A DNA stretch of 64,000 bases, from the NCBI RefSeq assembly GCF_000142905.1, contig NW_013657607.1:36066-100065 (forward strand). The letters are read 5' to 3'. Of the stretch, positions 63,410 to 64,000 are shown piece after piece (the stretch's first letter is position 1; each line of letters opens with the position of its first letter). Origin of the DNA: Thecamonas trahens ATCC 50062. Taxonomy: Eukaryota > Protista > Apusomonadida. A model generated the notes under the pieces. That model made no database searches and was not told the DNA's origin. It saw only the letters and a list, made by a program, of their open reading frames with translations. A program made the translations under genes and the position numbers.

Positions 63410-64000
63410 ACACACATAGCTCTCTCCGCCGCTTCCCCCAAGATCCGCACCATTGCAGCCACCCCCGCGTACGGCATTGTAGCTGCGTCGACGTCATGCC
63501 TCCTAGCCGGAACCTTCTATAGTTTCCCGCTCCTGTTCGAGGAGCTCAAGGGTCCGCTGCGGCTGTCCCAGCTCGACGTGGCTGTTGCCGGCGCCTGCGC
63601 ATACTCAAGTGTGCTCATGTGCCTCTCCCTCGGCCCCTTCGTCTACCCCGCCTTCCCCAGCCCCCACCACCGCCATGTGTATTTCAGGTCATCGCTGCTG
63701 GCGATCACCGCTGCTTGGGCCATCCTCGGAAGCGCCACTGCCGTGAGCGGCACCTTCGCTGCCGTGCTGATGGCGGCTGGCGCAACGGCGCTTGGCGTGT
63801 CATGCGGGATGTCGTACCCGTACGAGATGGTGACGCTCATCATGGACGGCCGTGTTGCAGATGTTGTTGCGGGTGGCTATGCGAGTGCCGTGTTTGCCTC
63901 GGCCGGCCTTGTTGCCACCGTGTATCTCGTCGTGCTGCAGCACGCCGCCGCACCTGGGCTCCCTCGCTGCCATGCCGCATCTTCGTGGCAACGTTTGGGT
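63410..64000 (+). CDS. Partial MFS / nodulin-like membrane transporter (runs off the window end)
   Basis: Stop-free frame not present in the ORF track: LLAGTFYSFPLLFEELKGPLRLSQLDVAVAG... followed by several hydrophobic helices. The start was not located (possible acceptor cag at 63407-63409). Confidence 0.55.

Noticed and set aside
1-64000. rRNA, tRNA or intact transposon genes
   Set aside because: None recognised by eye. No transposase, reverse transcriptase or terminal repeats were seen. A covariance-model scan was not possible.

Overview
Gene-dense, GC-rich (visibly about 70%), nearly intronless eukaryotic draft sequence with three N-gaps and many microsatellites. An IFT88 orthologue points to a flagellated protist; the gene content is consistent with an apusomonad such as Thecamonas, but this is inference. 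About 15 protein-coding loci are supportable. Several are broken by single-base frameshifts that look like assembly errors. The main result is 26333-31366, one uninterrupted 1677-aa ORF. It fuses malate synthase, OHCU decarboxylase, a beta-lactamase/PBP-family serine hydrolase and a two-repeat allantoicase, and ends in the peroxisomal targeting signal SKL. The next gene is a PMP34/PXN-type peroxisomal carrier. The serine hydrolase lies between the domain that makes allantoin and the domain that consumes allantoate, which is where allantoinase belongs in the pathway. It is therefore a candidate for a third, non-homologous class of allantoinase in a peroxisomal purine-to-malate multienzyme. Other notable items: a STAND-like/WD40 protein with a C-terminal F-box, tandem receptor pseudo-cyclases, a solute-binding-protein receptor kinase with a kinase/cyclase-like/pseudokinase layout, and a CCCH zinc-finger protein with a degenerate SF1 helicase. 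All domain calls were made by eye from motifs; no database searches were run.
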